Positions 62,858-63,506 of a stretch of 63,506 bases of DNA are shown here, piece by piece (the first letter of the stretch is position 1; every line of letters starts with the position of its first letter). The DNA is from a bacterium ADurb.Bin212 (lineage in GTDB: Bacteria > Patescibacteriota > UBA1384 > XYA2-FULL-43-10), in NCBI GenBank assembly GCA_002070055.1, contig MWCM01000006.1, forward strand, positions 1-63,506. The letters run 5' to 3'. A program made the translations under genes and the position numbers. The notes below the pieces were generated by a model, which saw only the letters and a program-made list of their open reading frames with translations, was not told the DNA's origin and ran no database searches.

Positions 62858-63506
62858 CTAGCCCTTGGCGGGGATCGTGACTTCGGGGGTGAAGTCCACG
62901 ATGGTCGTATCCACTGTGGTGCCACCGTCTCCTTGAGCGGCGGAGATGTCGTAGACAATCACCGCGAAGGCGGCACGGCTGACTACTTTGCCGGCCATGT
63001 AATTGCCCTCGAGCCAGGTGACGTCTTCGGAGCCGGAGACCGTGCTCGCGTAGGCGTTGTAGCGGCTGGGAGCCGATACAACCACGCCATCCTTGGTCCA
63101 GACAGCAGCCCACTTGAAGGGCTGCCAGACTTCCACTTGGTAGTGGCCGTCCGCGTCCTTGGCATAGGCCTTACCGCTCGGGTCCACGGCGACCATGCGC
63201 ACGGTGTAGCCGTCCAAGTCGACGGCTTTGACTTCGATGGTAACGCGAATGGTGCCTCCGGGGTAGCTGACGTCAGCATCGTAGGCGCCAGGGCCGAGCA
63301 CCCAACCGTTCGGGGTGGGAGAAACGACCTGGCTCGTGCCGTGCTTGTACACGGTGGCAGGCCAATCGATGCCGCCCATGGTCTGGACAGTGCCGGCATC
63401 CATGGTACCGACTTCGGCCTGTCTGAGCGCCACGATCTTGTAGGCGCCAGACAGAACCGTGAAGTGGTCAGGCGCGTCCTGCGGCAGGTAGGAATTGTCG
63501 TAATCA
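62858..63506 (-). CDS. Partial CDS (N-terminus beyond the right edge): GC-rich hypothetical, probably secreted/beta-rich protein
   Basis: The track ORF 62858..63433 starts at a GTG. The frame stays open upstream to the window end (DYDNSYLPQDAPDHFTVLSGAYKI-VALRQ...). About 60% GC against about 25-35% next door. No family recognised. Confidence 0.6.
   Translation of the reverse strand, partial: DYDNSYLPQDAPDHFTVLSGAYKIVALRQAEVGTMDAGTVQTMGGIDWPATVYKHGTSQVVSPTPNGWVLGPGAYDADVSYPGGTIRVTIEVKAVDLDGYTVRMVAVDPSGKAYAKDADGHYQVEVWQPFKWAAVWTKDGVVVSAPSRYNAYASTVSGSEDVTWLEGNYMAGKVVSRAAFAVIVYDISAAQGDGGTTVDTTIVDFTPEVTIPAKG

Noticed and set aside
62754-63399. Alternative minus-strand ORFs 62754..63113 and 62983..63399 in the GC-rich end
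   Set aside because: These are Arg/Pro/Ala-rich translations typical of off-frame reading of high-GC DNA. The 62858.. frame has balanced composition and ends just before the hairpin.
1-63506. tRNA, rRNA, tmRNA, RNase P and SRP RNA genes
   Set aside because: I looked in the intergenic and GC-rich segments for cloverleaf-like acceptor/T-arm patterns (GGTTCGAATCC-like) and for signature motifs (GAGGAAAGTCC, GGAAGCAGCC) and found none. A covariance-model scan would still be needed to be sure, especially for 8521-8775 and 11101-11400.

Overview
AT-rich bacterial window, roughly 30-42% GC by eye, with tightly packed and often overlapping genes. The gene content suggests an uncultivated small-genome organism of the CPR/Patescibacteria type; this is inference only, since no search was possible.

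Layout:
- 1-5.5 kb (minus strand): an operon with a large secreted protein, a 947-aa polytopic membrane protein (possibly TrbL/VirB6-like) and a partial acidic protein.
- 5.6-18.3 kb: housekeeping and cell-wall genes. These are a PAP2 phosphatase, a XerC/D-type recombinase, a MurE-like ligase with FemX, tsaD, valS and a RhuM-Doc fusion. Several very small cysteine-containing ORFs are interspersed, and two of them have near-consensus promoters.
- 18.3-62.7 kb: a very large surface-glycan region. It holds four GT2, three GT4, GT39/83-like and other GT-C-like membrane proteins, GtrA, DedA, about three Wzx-like flippases and three Wzy/WaaL-like proteins. It also holds DUF2079, a PseB/CapD-like dehydratase, an epimerase, a TagD/TagF CDP-glycerol module, a NeuA-like cytidylyltransferase and secreted C39-like and FG-GAP proteins.
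- 62.8-63.5 kb: an abrupt switch to about 60% GC with a partial minus-strand ORF.

No rRNA, tRNA, CRISPR array or transposase was recognised.

Most unusual signals:
1. Dozens of AT-rich runs with 7-nt periodicity sit in-frame inside conserved genes (valS, tsaD, xerC-like, femX-like, Wzy-like, GT4) and in spacers. Identical words recur at distant sites.
2. Discrete GC-rich mini-cassettes carry small Cys-containing ORFs, each with a GC-rich hairpin.
3. An 18-aa Cys-rich micro-ORF lies behind a perfect TTGACA-17-TATAAT promoter.
4. A 463-bp, 100% identical repeat forms the 3' ends of two otherwise diverged tandem membrane-protein genes.
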